From assembly GCA_964516975.1 (NCBI GenBank), contig CAZFAS010000002.1, positions 4,818-68,817 of the forward strand: a stretch of 64,000 bases of DNA, read 5' to 3'. The notes beneath the pieces were generated by a model that saw only the letters and a list, made by a program, of their open reading frames with translations, ran no database searches and had not been told where the DNA came from. Source of the stretch: an uncultured Candidatus Saccharibacteria bacterium. Lineage in GTDB: Bacteria; Patescibacteriota; Minisyncoccia; Phycocordibacterales; Zambryskibacteraceae. This document shows, piece after piece, positions 48,536-58,719 of the stretch (position 1 is its first letter; every line of letters begins with the position of its first letter). A program made the position numbers and the translations under genes.

Positions 48536-49741
48536 ATGGCAGAAGCAGCAAAATTCGATCGTTCAAAGCCACACCTTAACGTAGGTACTATTGGCCACGT
48601 TGACCACGGCAAGACTACACTCACAGCGTCTATCCTTCACGTACTTGATATGAACAAGGACAAGGGATTTGGTGCACGAGTAGAAGGAGTTGATAACATT
48701 GACAGTGCCCCAGAAGAAAAAGCTCGTGGAATTACTATTGCTCTCCACCACTCTGAGTATTGGACAGCTACACGACACTATGCACACATTGATGCTCCTG
48801 GACACGCTGACTACATCAAAAACATGATTACTGGTGCCGCTCAGATGGACGGTGCAGTACTTGTGGTTGCAGCTACAGACGGTGTGATGCCTCAAACACG
48901 TGAACACGTACTCCTCGCAAAGCAGGTTGGAGTGCCAAAGATCATTGTATTCCTTAACAAGTGTGACATGGTTCCAGATAAGGAGCTTATTGACCTTGTG
49001 GAAGAAGAAGTACGTGAACTCTTGAAGAAGAATGGATTTGACGATGCAACACCAGTTATCCGAGGTTCAGGACTCAAAGCTCTTGAAGCAAAGGATATGA
49101 GTGATGAATGGGCTCTCAAGGTACTTGATCTTATCAATACACTTGATACCTACATCCCAATGCCAGTTCGAGAAGTTGATAAGCCATTCCTCATGCCAGT
49201 AGAAGACATCTTCTCTATTGAAGGACGAGGAACAGTGGTAACAGGAAGAATTGAAAGAGGACAGGTGAAAGTTGGTGAAGAAGTTGAAATCGTTGGTCTC
49301 AAGCCTACTGCAAAGACAGTGGTTACTGGTATCGAAATGTTCAACAAGTCACTCGACTCAGGACAAGCTGGAGACAACGCAGGTATTCTCGTTCGAGGTC
49401 TTAAGAAAGAGGATATTACTCGAGGTCAGGTGCTTTCAAAGCCAGGATCAGTGACTCCACACTCAGAGTTTGAAGCTGAAGTGTACATCTTGAAAAAGGA
49501 AGAAGGTGGACGACACACTCCATTCTTCACAGGATACAAGCCTCAGTTCTATGTTCGAACAACAGACGTTACTGGAGAAGTAACACTCCCTGAAAAGGTT
49601 GAGATGGTTATGCCAGGAGACACTGTTACATTCAAGGTAAAGCTCGTAGCTCCAGTAGCTCTTGAAGATCAGACACGTTTTGCAATTCGAGAAGGAGGAA
49701 AGACAGTAGGTGCTGGTGTGGTTACAAAGATTACAGCGTAA
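48536..49741 (+). CDS. tuf: Elongation factor Tu
   Basis: [31 protein letters not shown]. Confidence 0.99.
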   Translation: MAEAAKFDRSKPHLNVGTIGHVDHGKTTLTASILHVLDMNKDKGFGARVEGVDNIDSAPEEKARGITIALHHSEYWTATRHYAHIDAPGHADYIKNMITGAAQMDGAVLVVAATDGVMPQTREHVLLAKQVGVPKIIVFLNKCDMVPDKELIDLVEEEVRELLKKNGFDDATPVIRGSGLKALEAKDMSDEWALKVLDLINTLDTYIPMPVREVDKPFLMPVEDIFSIEGRGTVVTGRIERGQVKVGEEVEIVGLKPTAKTVVTGIEMFNKSLDSGQAGDNAGILVRGLKKEDITRGQVLSKPGSVTPHSEFEAEVYILKKEEGGRHTPFFTGYKPQFYVRTTDVTGEVTLPEKVEMVMPGDTVTFKVKLVAPVALEDQTRFAIREGGKTVGAGVVTKITA

Positions 49742-49827
49742 TCATAAAAGCAAAACAATAGTATTTGATTTCAAATATTTCGTTTTGCATGGCTATGCCA
49801 AAAACAAAAACTGATTAAAGATCCAAC

Positions 49828-50193
49828 ATGACAAAAGTTGCAAAAGAACAAAAAGTATCAAAAGCGAAAGCTTCGAAAGAAGAGGGAACTGCTAAACTCC
49901 GTATCCGCGTTCGCGCATACGAGTACAAGATTCTCGATGTTTCGGTAAAACAAATTATCGATACAGCACTTCGATTTGATGCACAAGTTCTTGGTCCTAT
50001 ACCACTTCCTACAGAGATTAAAAAATATACAGTGAATCGTGCCTCATTCGTCTACAAGAATGCGCGAGAACAGTTCGAAATGAGGATTCATAAGCGATTG
50101 ATTGATATTGTAAACCCGACTCCAAAGTTGATTGAGTCGCTTACAAATTTGAATCTTCCGTCTGGAGTGAATATTGACGTAAAATTAATGTAA
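49828..50193 (+). CDS. rpsJ: 30S ribosomal protein S10
   Basis: [21 protein letters not shown]. Confidence 0.97.
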   Translation: MTKVAKEQKVSKAKASKEEGTAKLRIRVRAYEYKILDVSVKQIIDTALRFDAQVLGPIPLPTEIKKYTVNRASFVYKNAREQFEMRIHKRLIDIVNPTPKLIESLTNLNLPSGVNIDVKLM

Positions 50194-50331
50194 TATCGCC
50201 ACAAACATGTCATCCAAGAGTGATGATGTGTATATGGCTTAGTGTCCTTGATTTTTTACCTGTTTCGGATAGTATAGCGGTTCGTATGGTAATTCCGAAG
50301 TATCGGACCCAAGCCACGCTTGTTAAGAAAA

Positions 50332-50934
50332 ATGAAATTCATACTTGCAAAAAAAGATAGCATGACTCAAGTCTTCAATGATGAAGGCGTGGTTACTCCT
50401 GTGACCGTTCTTACTGCACAGCCAGTTACAGTTACACAGGTTAAAAATGATGCTACAGACGGATATTCTGCTGTACAAGTTGGATATGGTGTTAAGAGAG
50501 AAAAGAGAGTGCCAAAGGCAATACAGGGCCACACAAAGGATCTTGGCAACTTTGCTAAGCTCAAAGAGTTTAAGACAGACGGTACATACACTCGAGGAGA
50601 TAAGATTGATGTTTCAGTCTTTGTTCCAGGTGATACTGTACAGGTCAGTGCTATTTCAAAAGGAAAAGGATTCCAGGGTGTAGTAAAACGCCATGGTTTC
50701 AAAGGAGGACCACGAAGTCACGGTCAGAAGCACTCAGAACGAGAGCCTGGATCCATCGGAGGTGGTCTTCGAAACAAAGTTCCAAAGGGCATGAGAATGG
50801 CCGGCCGAATGGGTGGTGTTCGAATCACAACGAGAAATCTTACTGTGGTGCAAGTCGATGCAGAGAATAATTTGATCCTTGTTTCTGGAGCAGTTCCAGG
50901 ACGACGAGGTGCAATTGTTGAAATAAGAGGTTAA
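50332..50934 (+). CDS. rplC: 50S ribosomal protein L3
   Basis: KGKGFQGVVKRH, SHG, PGSIG, MAGRMG. Confidence 0.97.
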   Translation: MKFILAKKDSMTQVFNDEGVVTPVTVLTAQPVTVTQVKNDATDGYSAVQVGYGVKREKRVPKAIQGHTKDLGNFAKLKEFKTDGTYTRGDKIDVSVFVPGDTVQVSAISKGKGFQGVVKRHGFKGGPRSHGQKHSEREPGSIGGGLRNKVPKGMRMAGRMGGVRITTRNLTVVQVDAENNLILVSGAVPGRRGAIVEIRG

Positions 50935-50942
50935 TAACAATT

Positions 50943-51683
50943 ATGGAAACAGCAGTCTACAACCAAAAAGGAGAATCAGTAGGGAAGATCAAACTTCCTG
51001 AGAGTGTATTCGGTCTTCCTTGGAATGCTGATCTTGTTCACCAGGTTGTTGTCTCAATGACATCAAGTGCTAGAAACCCTATTGCTCACACAAAGACACG
51101 AGGTGAAGTCCGTGGAGGAGGAAAGAAGCCTTGGAAACAAAAGGGTACAGGTCAGGCTAGACATGGATCTACACGATCTCCTATTTGGGTAGGAGGAGGT
51201 GTTACTCATGGGCCACGCAATGATAAGAACTATGACCGAAAGGTAAACAAGAAGATGAAGTCAAAGGCACTGTACACTATTCTCTCTAAGAAGATGCGTG
51301 ATGGTGAAGTTGTGTTTGTTGATGAAATTAAATTTAAAGACATCAAGACGAGTCAGGCTGCAGATATTCTCAAGAATCTTAAAGGGGTATCAGGACTTGA
51401 ATCTATCTTTGGAAAGAAAAATAATGCTGCACTTATTGCTCTCGGCGAACATGATGCAGTTGTGATGAAGAGTTTTAGAAATATTGGAAATGTTGCTATG
51501 GATGAGATTCGAAACATCAATCCAGTATCACTATTGCAGTACAAAGGAATCGTTATTGTTCATCCAGAAAGTTCACTTCGAAACCTTGAGTCACGATTAT
51601 CTTCTGGGCAAGTTTCCTCTAAAGAAGTTGCACCAAAGAAAGAAAAAGTGGCAAAAGTAAAGAAAGTTACAGCTAAGAAATAA
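50943..51683 (+). CDS. rplD: 50S ribosomal protein L4
   Basis: KTRGEVRGGGKKPWKQKGTGQARHGS. Confidence 0.97.
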   Translation: METAVYNQKGESVGKIKLPESVFGLPWNADLVHQVVVSMTSSARNPIAHTKTRGEVRGGGKKPWKQKGTGQARHGSTRSPIWVGGGVTHGPRNDKNYDRKVNKKMKSKALYTILSKKMRDGEVVFVDEIKFKDIKTSQAADILKNLKGVSGLESIFGKKNNAALIALGEHDAVVMKSFRNIGNVAMDEIRNINPVSLLQYKGIVIVHPESSLRNLESRLSSGQVSSKEVAPKKEKVAKVKKVTAKK

Positions 51684-51688
51684 TTATC

Positions 51689-52039
51689 ATGGCTCTCATC
51701 TCACGAAAAAAGAAAGAGGTTACTCCGAAAGCACCAGCAAGTGTAGCTACATCTTCTACGCACACTCATGCTCATATTTTGCTTAGACCACGAGTAACTG
51801 AAAAGGCTACTGATAGGGCAATGAACCACAATGTCTACGTCTTCGAAGTTTTAAAGAGTGCAACAAAGTCTGAAGTAAAGCATGCTGTTATGGAGATGTA
51901 CAAGGTACAACCAACAAAGATCGCTATGACAAAAATTCCTGGTAAATCTGTTTTTGTACGAGGAAAGAAGGGTGAGCGATCATCAGGAAAAAAAGCATAT
52001 GTATATGTTAAGAAAGGAGACAAGATAGAAATCGTATAA
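51689..52039 (+). CDS. rplW: 50S ribosomal protein L23
   Basis: PRVTEKA, YVFEV...ATK.EVK, KKAYV. Confidence 0.95.
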   Translation: MALISRKKKEVTPKAPASVATSSTHTHAHILLRPRVTEKATDRAMNHNVYVFEVLKSATKSEVKHAVMEMYKVQPTKIAMTKIPGKSVFVRGKKGERSSGKKAYVYVKKGDKIEIV

Positions 52040-52040
52040 C

Positions 52041-52883
52041 ATGAAAAAGTATAAACCAACAACAGCATCTCGCAGACAAATGTCCACGATTGAATTCGGG
52101 AAGTTTGTTACTGAAAAGAATCCACACAAAGCGCTTACTGGAGGTTTTCGTAGAGCAGCTGGAAGAAACCATCACGGAAGAATCACCACAAGACATAAGG
52201 GGGGTGGTCATAGTCGACTTTTTCGAGAGATTGATTTTACATACGACAAATTTGATATTCCATACACCATTGTAACGGTTGAGTATGATCCAAACCGAAC
52301 AGGATATATTGGTCTTGCTGTATACAAGGATGGTGAAAAGCGTTATGTCTTGATTCCAAAGGGAACAAAAGTTGGGGACACTTTCATTGTATCTGCAAAG
52401 GCACCTCAGACGGTTGGGAATAGACTTCCTCTCAAGGAAATTACAGTTGGTACTTTTGTATACAATGTTGAGGTTAAGCCAAAGGGTGGCGCTAAACTTG
52501 GAAGAAGTGCTGGAAACTATATTGAGGTTATTGCGAAAGATGCTGGATATGTGGACCTTAAGATGCCATCCTCTGAGGTTCGAAAGGTGCTAGAGAATTG
52601 CTGGGCAACAGTTGGAGAAGTTTCAAATGATGAAAATCGCCTTGTTAACCTTGGAAAGGCCGGAAGAAGTCGATGGCTCGGTATTCGTCCAACTGTAAGA
52701 GGTACTGCTCAAAACCCAGTAGACCACCCACATGGAGGAGGAGAAGGAAGGCAGGGAAGAGGACGAAGGAGAGCAATCTCTGTGTATGGCAAGCCAACTG
52801 GAAAGGGTCAGAAATCACGACGACCAAAGAAGTATTCAAACAAGTTTATTGTTCGAAGAAGGAAGGTAGGCAAGAAAAAGTAG
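52041..52883 (+). CDS. rplB: 50S ribosomal protein L2
   Basis: EYDPNR, GKAGRSRW, NPVDHPHGGGEG. Confidence 0.98.
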   Translation: MKKYKPTTASRRQMSTIEFGKFVTEKNPHKALTGGFRRAAGRNHHGRITTRHKGGGHSRLFREIDFTYDKFDIPYTIVTVEYDPNRTGYIGLAVYKDGEKRYVLIPKGTKVGDTFIVSAKAPQTVGNRLPLKEITVGTFVYNVEVKPKGGAKLGRSAGNYIEVIAKDAGYVDLKMPSSEVRKVLENCWATVGEVSNDENRLVNLGKAGRSRWLGIRPTVRGTAQNPVDHPHGGGEGRQGRGRRRAISVYGKPTGKGQKSRRPKKYSNKFIVRRRKVGKKK

Positions 52884-52913
52884 AAAATAACTCCATTTTT
52901 GGGGTTGTTTTCA

Positions 52914-52941
52914 TTGACACGATTTCAGTTTCTGTTAGTAT
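52914..52941 (+). promoter_or_regulatory. Internal promoter upstream of rpsS
   Basis: TTGACA-16-TAGTAT following hairpin 52883-52912. Confidence 0.6.
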
Positions 52942-52987
52942 GTTGCCAAGCTCGAAAGAGAGCTTTTTGTTTCCAATGTAATCAAAT

Positions 52988-53347
52988 ATGACACGATCAA
53001 GTAAAAAAGGACCATATGTCGACGAGCGACTCCTCAAGAAAATTGAGGGTAAAAGACCAGAATCAACTGGGGTTATTAAGACTTGGGCACGTGCATGTCA
53101 GATTGCTCCTGAAATGGTAGGTTTTACATTCGGAGTACACAATGGAAAAGATCATCTTGAAGTGTTCGTAACTGAAGATATGGTTGGACACAGACTCGGT
53201 GAATTCTCTCTAACTCGAAAATTTGTGAAGCATGGAGGAAAAATGCAGAAGGAACTTGAGCAGAAAAAGAAGGAGGCTGAAATTTCTGCCGCTCAATCTG
53301 CTAAAGCCGCTACAACTGGGGGCGCAGCTAAGTCTTCTGGAAAATAA
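52988..53347 (+). CDS. rpsS: 30S ribosomal protein S19
   Basis: RSSKKGPY, MVGHRLGEF. Confidence 0.97.
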   Translation: MTRSSKKGPYVDERLLKKIEGKRPESTGVIKTWARACQIAPEMVGFTFGVHNGKDHLEVFVTEDMVGHRLGEFSLTRKFVKHGGKMQKELEQKKKEAEISAAQSAKAATTGGAAKSSGK

Positions 53348-53356
53348 TTTAATATT

Positions 53357-53725
53357 ATGGCTACAGCATCTGCACAACTTTCTGATTATCGACAAGCTCC
53401 ACGTAAGGTTCGTGTAGTTGCGAATCTTGTTCGTGGAAAAAGAGTTGAAGACGCAATGACGTCTCTTCGTTTCCTTGGAAAGCGTGCATCTGATCCAATT
53501 CTTAAGCTTATTGAATCAGCAGTTTCAAATGCAAAAAATAAGAATATTGAAATTGAAAATCTCATTGTAAAAGAAATTCGAGTTGATAGCGGAAAAATTT
53601 TATATAGAAGAATGAGTGCATCACGAGGTCGCGCACCAATCAAAAGAAAGAGAACGAGTCACGTTATAGTTGTTCTTGGTGAGGGAAAGCCAAAGAAGAC
53701 TAAGGTAAAGAAAGAAAATAAATAA
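53357..53725 (+). CDS. rplV: 50S ribosomal protein L22
   Basis: RQAPRKVR.VA..VRG, KRTSH. Confidence 0.96.
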   Translation: MATASAQLSDYRQAPRKVRVVANLVRGKRVEDAMTSLRFLGKRASDPILKLIESAVSNAKNKNIEIENLIVKEIRVDSGKILYRRMSASRGRAPIKRKRTSHVIVVLGEGKPKKTKVKKENK

Positions 53726-53726
53726 T

Positions 53727-54398
53727 ATGTCACATACAGTTCACCCATTTTCACATAGATTAGGCATCATAAGGGACTGGAGAAGTCGATGGTTTGGCGC
53801 TAAAGATAAATATAAGGAATTTCTCCGTGGCGATCTTGTTATCAGAAGTTTCCTTGAAAAGAAACTTCATGGTTATTATGTAAGTACTATCGAAATCGAG
53901 AGAAACGAAAAAGTTCTTCGTATTATCATCGAAACTTCACGACCGGGAATGATCATTGGACGAAGTGGTGATGGGGCGGTGAAACTCAAAGACGCTCTTA
54001 TGCGTGAACTTCGAAGAAGGGGAGTTGCTAGTCCTAAAGAGGAAGTTCGAATTGATATCAAGGAAATTAAATCTCCAGAATCGAATGCATTTATCGTCGC
54101 ACAGATGATTGCAGAAGGACTTGAAAAGAGAATGCCATACCGACGTGTATTAAAGCAGGTTGTTGAGAAAGTGATGGCGAATCGTGATGTGAAAGGTGTA
54201 AAGATTACCGTTGGAGGAAGACTCGGTGGTGCATCAATCGCACGATCTGAAACAAAGAAGCTCGGACGAATTCCTTTGCAAACATTTCGAGCTGATGTAG
54301 AGTTTGCTCGTCACGAAGCGAAGCTTCCTTATGGAAATCTTGGTATCAAGGTTTGGATATATAAGGGAGATATTTTTGGTGCTAAGAAAGCAGAATAA
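53727..54398 (+). CDS. rpsC: 30S ribosomal protein S3
   Basis: RPGMIIGR, GRLGGA.IARSE, PLQTFRAD, GIKVWI. Confidence 0.97.
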   Translation: MSHTVHPFSHRLGIIRDWRSRWFGAKDKYKEFLRGDLVIRSFLEKKLHGYYVSTIEIERNEKVLRIIIETSRPGMIIGRSGDGAVKLKDALMRELRRRGVASPKEEVRIDIKEIKSPESNAFIVAQMIAEGLEKRMPYRRVLKQVVEKVMANRDVKGVKITVGGRLGGASIARSETKKLGRIPLQTFRADVEFARHEAKLPYGNLGIKVWIYKGDIFGAKKAE

Positions 54399-54407
54399 TT
54401 TACGAAC

Positions 54408-54827
54408 ATGTTATTACCGAAGAAAGTAAAATACAGGAAGTGGCACACAATGCGAAAGAACCCAACTAAAGTTGGGGTTGCTACTCGCGGAACAACGATT
54501 GCTTTCGGATCATTTGGTCTTAAGGCTATGGCCTACTCACGTATCAAATCAAACCAGATCGAATCTGCTCGAAAGGTTATTTCAAGGTCACTTGGAAAGA
54601 CTGGAAAGACTTGGATTCGCATTTTTCCTGACATGCCGTATACTGCAAAGCCAGCAGAAGTAAAACTCGGAAAGGGAAAGGGCGATCTTCAGGGCTACGT
54701 AGCTCCGGTAAAGGCAGGAACAGTACTTTTTGAAGTTGATGGAGTAACTGAAGAAGTTGCGCGAGAGGCACTAAGGAAGGCCGGTACAAAACTTCCAGTA
54801 AAAACAAAAGTCGTAGCACGACAATAA
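54408..54827 (+). CDS. rplP: 50S ribosomal protein L16
   Basis: MLLPKKVKYRK, WIRIFPD, GKGKG, KLP. Confidence 0.97.
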   Translation: MLLPKKVKYRKWHTMRKNPTKVGVATRGTTIAFGSFGLKAMAYSRIKSNQIESARKVISRSLGKTGKTWIRIFPDMPYTAKPAEVKLGKGKGDLQGYVAPVKAGTVLFEVDGVTEEVAREALRKAGTKLPVKTKVVARQ

Positions 54828-54831
54828 AATC

Positions 54832-55017
54832 ATGGCAAAAGAAATTCAAGAAAAAAACGAAAAAGATTTGGTAAAAGAGCTTAGTGAAAAACAAGAAGCA
54901 CTTCGAACTTTTCGATTTGGAATTTCTGGAAGCAAGGTAAGAAATGTTAGAGAAGGTCGCGCAACACGAAAGGAAATTGCTCGCATCAAGACAGAGTTGT
55001 CACGAAGGGCACAATAA
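54832..55017 (+). CDS. rpmC: 50S ribosomal protein L29
   Basis: RKEIARIKT; operon position. Confidence 0.92.
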   Translation: MAKEIQEKNEKDLVKELSEKQEALRTFRFGISGSKVRNVREGRATRKEIARIKTELSRRAQ

Positions 55018-55022
55018 TTTTT

Positions 55023-55280
55023 ATGAAGGAAAAAAATACTCAAAAGAATACAGTACTCAAAGGAAAGGTTCTCGAAGGAATCGTAGTTTCAAACAAAATG
55101 AAAGATACGGTCGTTGTTCTTGTAGAGCGCTATGAAAAACACCCACAGTATGGTAAATATATTCAGCGAAGAAAGCGTTTTCAGGCACATGATGCTGGAA
55201 ATACAAAGGCAATAGGGGATAAGGTAAGTATCAGAGAGACTAAGCCTATCTCAAAGAGAAAATCATTTATCGTTATATAG
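55023..55280 (+). CDS. rpsQ: 30S ribosomal protein S17
   Basis: G.VVS.KM.DT, HP.YGK, AHD, ETKPISK. Confidence 0.96.
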   Translation: MKEKNTQKNTVLKGKVLEGIVVSNKMKDTVVVLVERYEKHPQYGKYIQRRKRFQAHDAGNTKAIGDKVSIRETKPISKRKSFIVI

Positions 55281-55284
55281 TCAT

Positions 55285-55656
55285 ATGATACAACCACGAT
55301 CAATCGTCAAAATAGCTGATAACTCTGGAGCAAAAATCGGAAGAATTTTCAAAGTTCTCGGAGGATCAAAGAAGCGATACGCACAAATTGGTGATATCGT
55401 GGTTCTTTCAGTACAGGTTGCACAGCCTCGAAAGTCAGTAAAGAAAAAGGATGTATTGTACGCAGTTGTCGCAAGACAGAAGTTCCCATACCGACGTGCA
55501 GATGGATCGTACGTTCGCTTTGATGAAAACGCAGTCGTTATCGTCGATAAGGTTAAGCATGAACCAATTGCTGGACGTGTGTTCGGACCTATCCCACGAG
55601 AGCTTGGAGAAAAGGGTTTTCAACAGATTATCTCATTAGCACCAGAAGTTGTATAA
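55285..55656 (+). CDS. rplN: 50S ribosomal protein L14
   Basis: ADNSGAK, FDENA, FGPIPREL, SLAPEV. Confidence 0.97.
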   Translation: MIQPRSIVKIADNSGAKIGRIFKVLGGSKKRYAQIGDIVVLSVQVAQPRKSVKKKDVLYAVVARQKFPYRRADGSYVRFDENAVVIVDKVKHEPIAGRVFGPIPRELGEKGFQQIISLAPEVV

Positions 55657-55661
55657 CTACT

Positions 55662-55970
55662 ATGAAAATCAAAAAAGGAGACAATATCATAGTGATTTCA
55701 GGAAAAGATAAAGGAAAGACCGGTAAGGTTGTTCGAGCATTTCCTCGTGATAATGCAATTATCGTTTCTGGAGTAAATGTGAAAAAGGTTCACAAGAGAC
55801 CATCAAAACAGGGCCAGAAAGGTCAGGTTATTGAGCAGTCAGCTCCTTTCCATGTTTCAAACGTTGCAATTGTTGATCCAAAGGACAATAAAGCTACTCG
55901 CATTAAGCTCGTAGTTACTGGTGGAAAGAAGGAAAGAGTTGCGAAGCGAAGTGGAGCAACAATAAGTTAA
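55662..55970 (+). CDS. rplX: 50S ribosomal protein L24
   Basis: IKKGD.I.VISGKDKGK.G, HVSNV. Confidence 0.96.
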   Translation: MKIKKGDNIIVISGKDKGKTGKVVRAFPRDNAIIVSGVNVKKVHKRPSKQGQKGQVIEQSAPFHVSNVAIVDPKDNKATRIKLVVTGGKKERVAKRSGATIS

Positions 55971-55981
55971 TACATACGCGG

Positions 55982-56542
55982 ATGAAAACTATTAAAGAAA
56001 AAACAAAAGAAGCATTCAAAGCCCTCAAGGAGCAGCAAGGATATAAGAATGCAATGCAGGCACCAAAGATCATGAAGGTGGTGGTTTCAGTTGGAACTGG
56101 ATCATTTAAGGACAAGAAGAAGGGAGAGCTTGCGATGAATAGACTCTCAAAAATTACTGGCCAAAAGCCAGCGACTCGCGGGGCAAAGAAATCTATTGCT
56201 GCATTTAAATTGAGACAGGGAGATCCAGTAGGACTCCAGGTTACTCTAAGGGGTCAAAGAATGTATGACTTCCTCGATAAACTAATAAATGTGGCACTTC
56301 CACGAACAAAAGATTTCCGTGGAATCTCTATCCGTTCTGTGGATGAAATGGGTAATTATACCCTCGGTATCAAGGAACATACAATTTTCCCTGAAACAGC
56401 CGATGAGGAACTTAAGGATGTTTTCGGACTTGCGGTTACGATTGTGACGACAGCTCACAGTAAACCTGAGCTCGAAGCGTTCTTGAAGTACCTTGAATTT
56501 CCATTCCGAAAGGATGAGGAGGGGAAGGGAAAGAGAAAATAG
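55982..56542 (+). CDS. rplE: 50S ribosomal protein L5
   Basis: ITGQKP, VTLRG, LPRTKDFRG, IFPE. Confidence 0.97.
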   Translation: MKTIKEKTKEAFKALKEQQGYKNAMQAPKIMKVVVSVGTGSFKDKKKGELAMNRLSKITGQKPATRGAKKSIAAFKLRQGDPVGLQVTLRGQRMYDFLDKLINVALPRTKDFRGISIRSVDEMGNYTLGIKEHTIFPETADEELKDVFGLAVTIVTTAHSKPELEAFLKYLEFPFRKDEEGKGKRK

Positions 56543-56572
56543 AAAAACCAAGGAATACAAGGTTTTTCTGGT

Positions 56573-56601
56573 TTGACAACAGGTATTGTGCTTGTTAGGA
56601 T
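56573..56601 (+). promoter_or_regulatory. Internal promoter upstream of rpsN
   Basis: TTGACA-17-TAGGAT with TG extension. Confidence 0.6.
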
Positions 56602-56636
56602 AAGAAACCAAGCTGTTTCAGCTTTTTTTGTTAATT

Positions 56637-56822
56637 ATGGCCAAAAAATCAGTCATCGCACGTTCGCTCAAAACACCGAAATTTACAACCCGGGCTGTTA
56701 ATCGATGCTTTAGATGTGGACGAAAGCATGGCTACATGAGAGATTTTGATCTCTGCCGAATTTGCTTTCGTGAATTAGCAAACGAAGGAAAGGTACCGGG
56801 CGTTAAGAAATCTTCTTGGTAA
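56637..56822 (+). CDS. rpsN: 30S ribosomal protein S14 (Zn-binding type)
   Basis: RCFRCGR...[15 protein letters not shown]. Confidence 0.96.
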   Translation: MAKKSVIARSLKTPKFTTRAVNRCFRCGRKHGYMRDFDLCRICFRELANEGKVPGVKKSSW

Positions 56823-56829
56823 TACAACT

Positions 56830-57219
56830 ATGACCGACCCAATTTCAGATATGATCATCCGTTTGAAGAATGCTGGTGAAGCCCACAAGGACACTGTTGT
56901 TGTTCCATTCTCAAAATTAAAGTATGAAATTTGCACACTCCTTGAAAAGGAGGGTTATGTAAAGGATTTAAATAAAAAAGGTAAGAAAGTTACAAAGTCT
57001 ATTGAGGTTGCACTTGTATATAACGGTCATTACCCAAAGATTGAGGGTGTGCGCCGAGTGTCAAAGCCATCTCGAAGAATATATAAGAAATGGACTGAAA
57101 TTCGTCCAGTAAAAAATGGTTTCGGTATGCTCGTCCTCTCAACTCCAAAGGGGATAGTAACTGATAAGGTTGCACGAAAGGAAAAGGTTGGAGGTGAGGC
57201 TATGTTTGAAATTTGGTAA
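56830..57219 (+). CDS. rpsH: 30S ribosomal protein S8
   Basis: DPISDMI.R..N, SKPSRRIY, STPKG, GGE. Confidence 0.97.
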   Translation: MTDPISDMIIRLKNAGEAHKDTVVVPFSKLKYEICTLLEKEGYVKDLNKKGKKVTKSIEVALVYNGHYPKIEGVRRVSKPSRRIYKKWTEIRPVKNGFGMLVLSTPKGIVTDKVARKEKVGGEAMFEIW

Positions 57220-57225
57220 ACATTC

Positions 57226-57759
57226 ATGTCACGAATCGGAAAAAAAGGAATAGCAATCCCAGATAAAACTGAAATCTCACTTCAGGAGACTATTTTGAAG
57301 GTGAAAGGTCCTCTTGGTGAATTGAGTCTTGAAGTAGACCCAAATCTTAACTTTACTGTTGCAGATAATATGATCACTATTTCACCAAAGACAGAGAGTC
57401 TTGAGGCAAATGCGCTCTGGGGAACATACACTTCTCATGTAACAAACATGGTGAAGGGTGTGAATACGCCATTTCAAAAGAAACTCTTTCTTGAAGGAAT
57501 CGGATACCGTGTTGAGGTAAAAGGGGACAAGATGGTATTTGCTCTTGGTTTCTCACACCCAGTTGAGGTTCCGATTCCAGATGGAATAAAGGTTGTTGTT
57601 GAGAAAAATGCTATTACTATCTCAGGTATTGATAAGGCATCTGTCGGTGGATTCGCAGCACGAATCAGAGATCTTAAGAAACCAGAACCATATAAAGGAA
57701 AGGGTCTTCGATACGAAGGGGAAGTGATTAAGATAAAACAAGGAAAGAAATCTGTATAA
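57226..57759 (+). CDS. rplF: 50S ribosomal protein L6
   Basis: MSRIGK, LGFSHPV, PEPYKGKG. Confidence 0.97.
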   Translation: MSRIGKKGIAIPDKTEISLQETILKVKGPLGELSLEVDPNLNFTVADNMITISPKTESLEANALWGTYTSHVTNMVKGVNTPFQKKLFLEGIGYRVEVKGDKMVFALGFSHPVEVPIPDGIKVVVEKNAITISGIDKASVGGFAARIRDLKKPEPYKGKGLRYEGEVIKIKQGKKSV

Positions 57760-57765
57760 TTTTGT

Positions 57766-58119
57766 ATGAAAAATTCTCAAAACCAAAAAAAGAATCAGCG
57801 AGTACGCAGACATCGAAAAATTCGAACTCGTGTTTCTGGTACAGCAGCAAGGCCTCGACTTTCAGTATTTAAGTCAAATATGTATTTGTATGCACAGCTT
57901 ATTGATGATACTGCAGAGAAGACACTTTTCTCACTTTCTACAAAGGGAGTAAAGGGAAAGAATGACCTTGAGAGAGCTGAGATTCTCGGTAAGGAACTTG
58001 CAGAAAAAGCAAAAGCAAAGGATATTAATGCTATTGTGTTTGATCGAGGAGGATTTAGATATACTGGAAAGGTGAAAGCGCTTGCTGATGGTGTAAGAAA
58101 TGGAGGACTTATATTTTAA
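57766..58119 (+). CDS. rplR: 50S ribosomal protein L18
   Basis: RPRLSVFKSN, FDRGGF.Y.GKV.ALA. Confidence 0.97.
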   Translation: MKNSQNQKKNQRVRRHRKIRTRVSGTAARPRLSVFKSNMYLYAQLIDDTAEKTLFSLSTKGVKGKNDLERAEILGKELAEKAKAKDINAIVFDRGGFRYTGKVKALADGVRNGGLIF

Positions 58120-58124
58120 ATTGT

Positions 58125-58715
58125 ATGAATACAGACGAACAAAAAGTAACTACAGAAGAAGTACAACCTCAGACACTCGCCGAGGCTATGCCTGCTGAGC
58201 AAAAAGCTCCTGAACACGGCGGCCGAAGAGAGTTCAAAAAGAACCCTCGAAAATCTACACGAAAGGATACGAGAGTGCGATCAGAGTTTGATCATAAGAT
58301 CGTTTCAATCAGACGCGTGACTCGTGTTGTTGCTGGAGGACGAAGATTTAGTTTCTCGGTAACGCTTGTTGCAGGAAATCGAAAAGGAATGGTGGGAGTT
58401 GGACAAGGAAAAGCAGGTGAAACGCCGCTTGCTATCGATAAGGCGCTCCGTGACGCAAAGAAAAACATGATCACCGTAAAAACAACAAAGGAGATGTCTA
58501 TCCCTCATGAAGTAAATGCAAAATATGGTGCATCACGAGTGACTATTATGCCAGCTGCAGGACGGGGAATTCTCGCAGGAAGTTCTGTCCGTACAGTTCT
58601 TGAGCTTGCTGGTCTTACATCAGTAAATGCAAAAATGCTCTCAGGTACAAAGAACCGAGCAAATAATGCAAAGGTTGCTATCACTGCACTCGCAAAACTT
58701 TCACGAAGATCATAA
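58125..58715 (+). CDS. rpsE: 30S ribosomal protein S5
   Basis: RVTRVVAGGRRFSF, G.G.GKA, VLELAG. Confidence 0.97.
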   Translation: MNTDEQKVTTEEVQPQTLAEAMPAEQKAPEHGGRREFKKNPRKSTRKDTRVRSEFDHKIVSIRRVTRVVAGGRRFSFSVTLVAGNRKGMVGVGQGKAGETPLAIDKALRDAKKNMITVKTTKEMSIPHEVNAKYGASRVTIMPAAGRGILAGSSVRTVLELAGLTSVNAKMLSGTKNRANNAKVAITALAKLSRRS

Positions 58716-58719
58716 ACAT

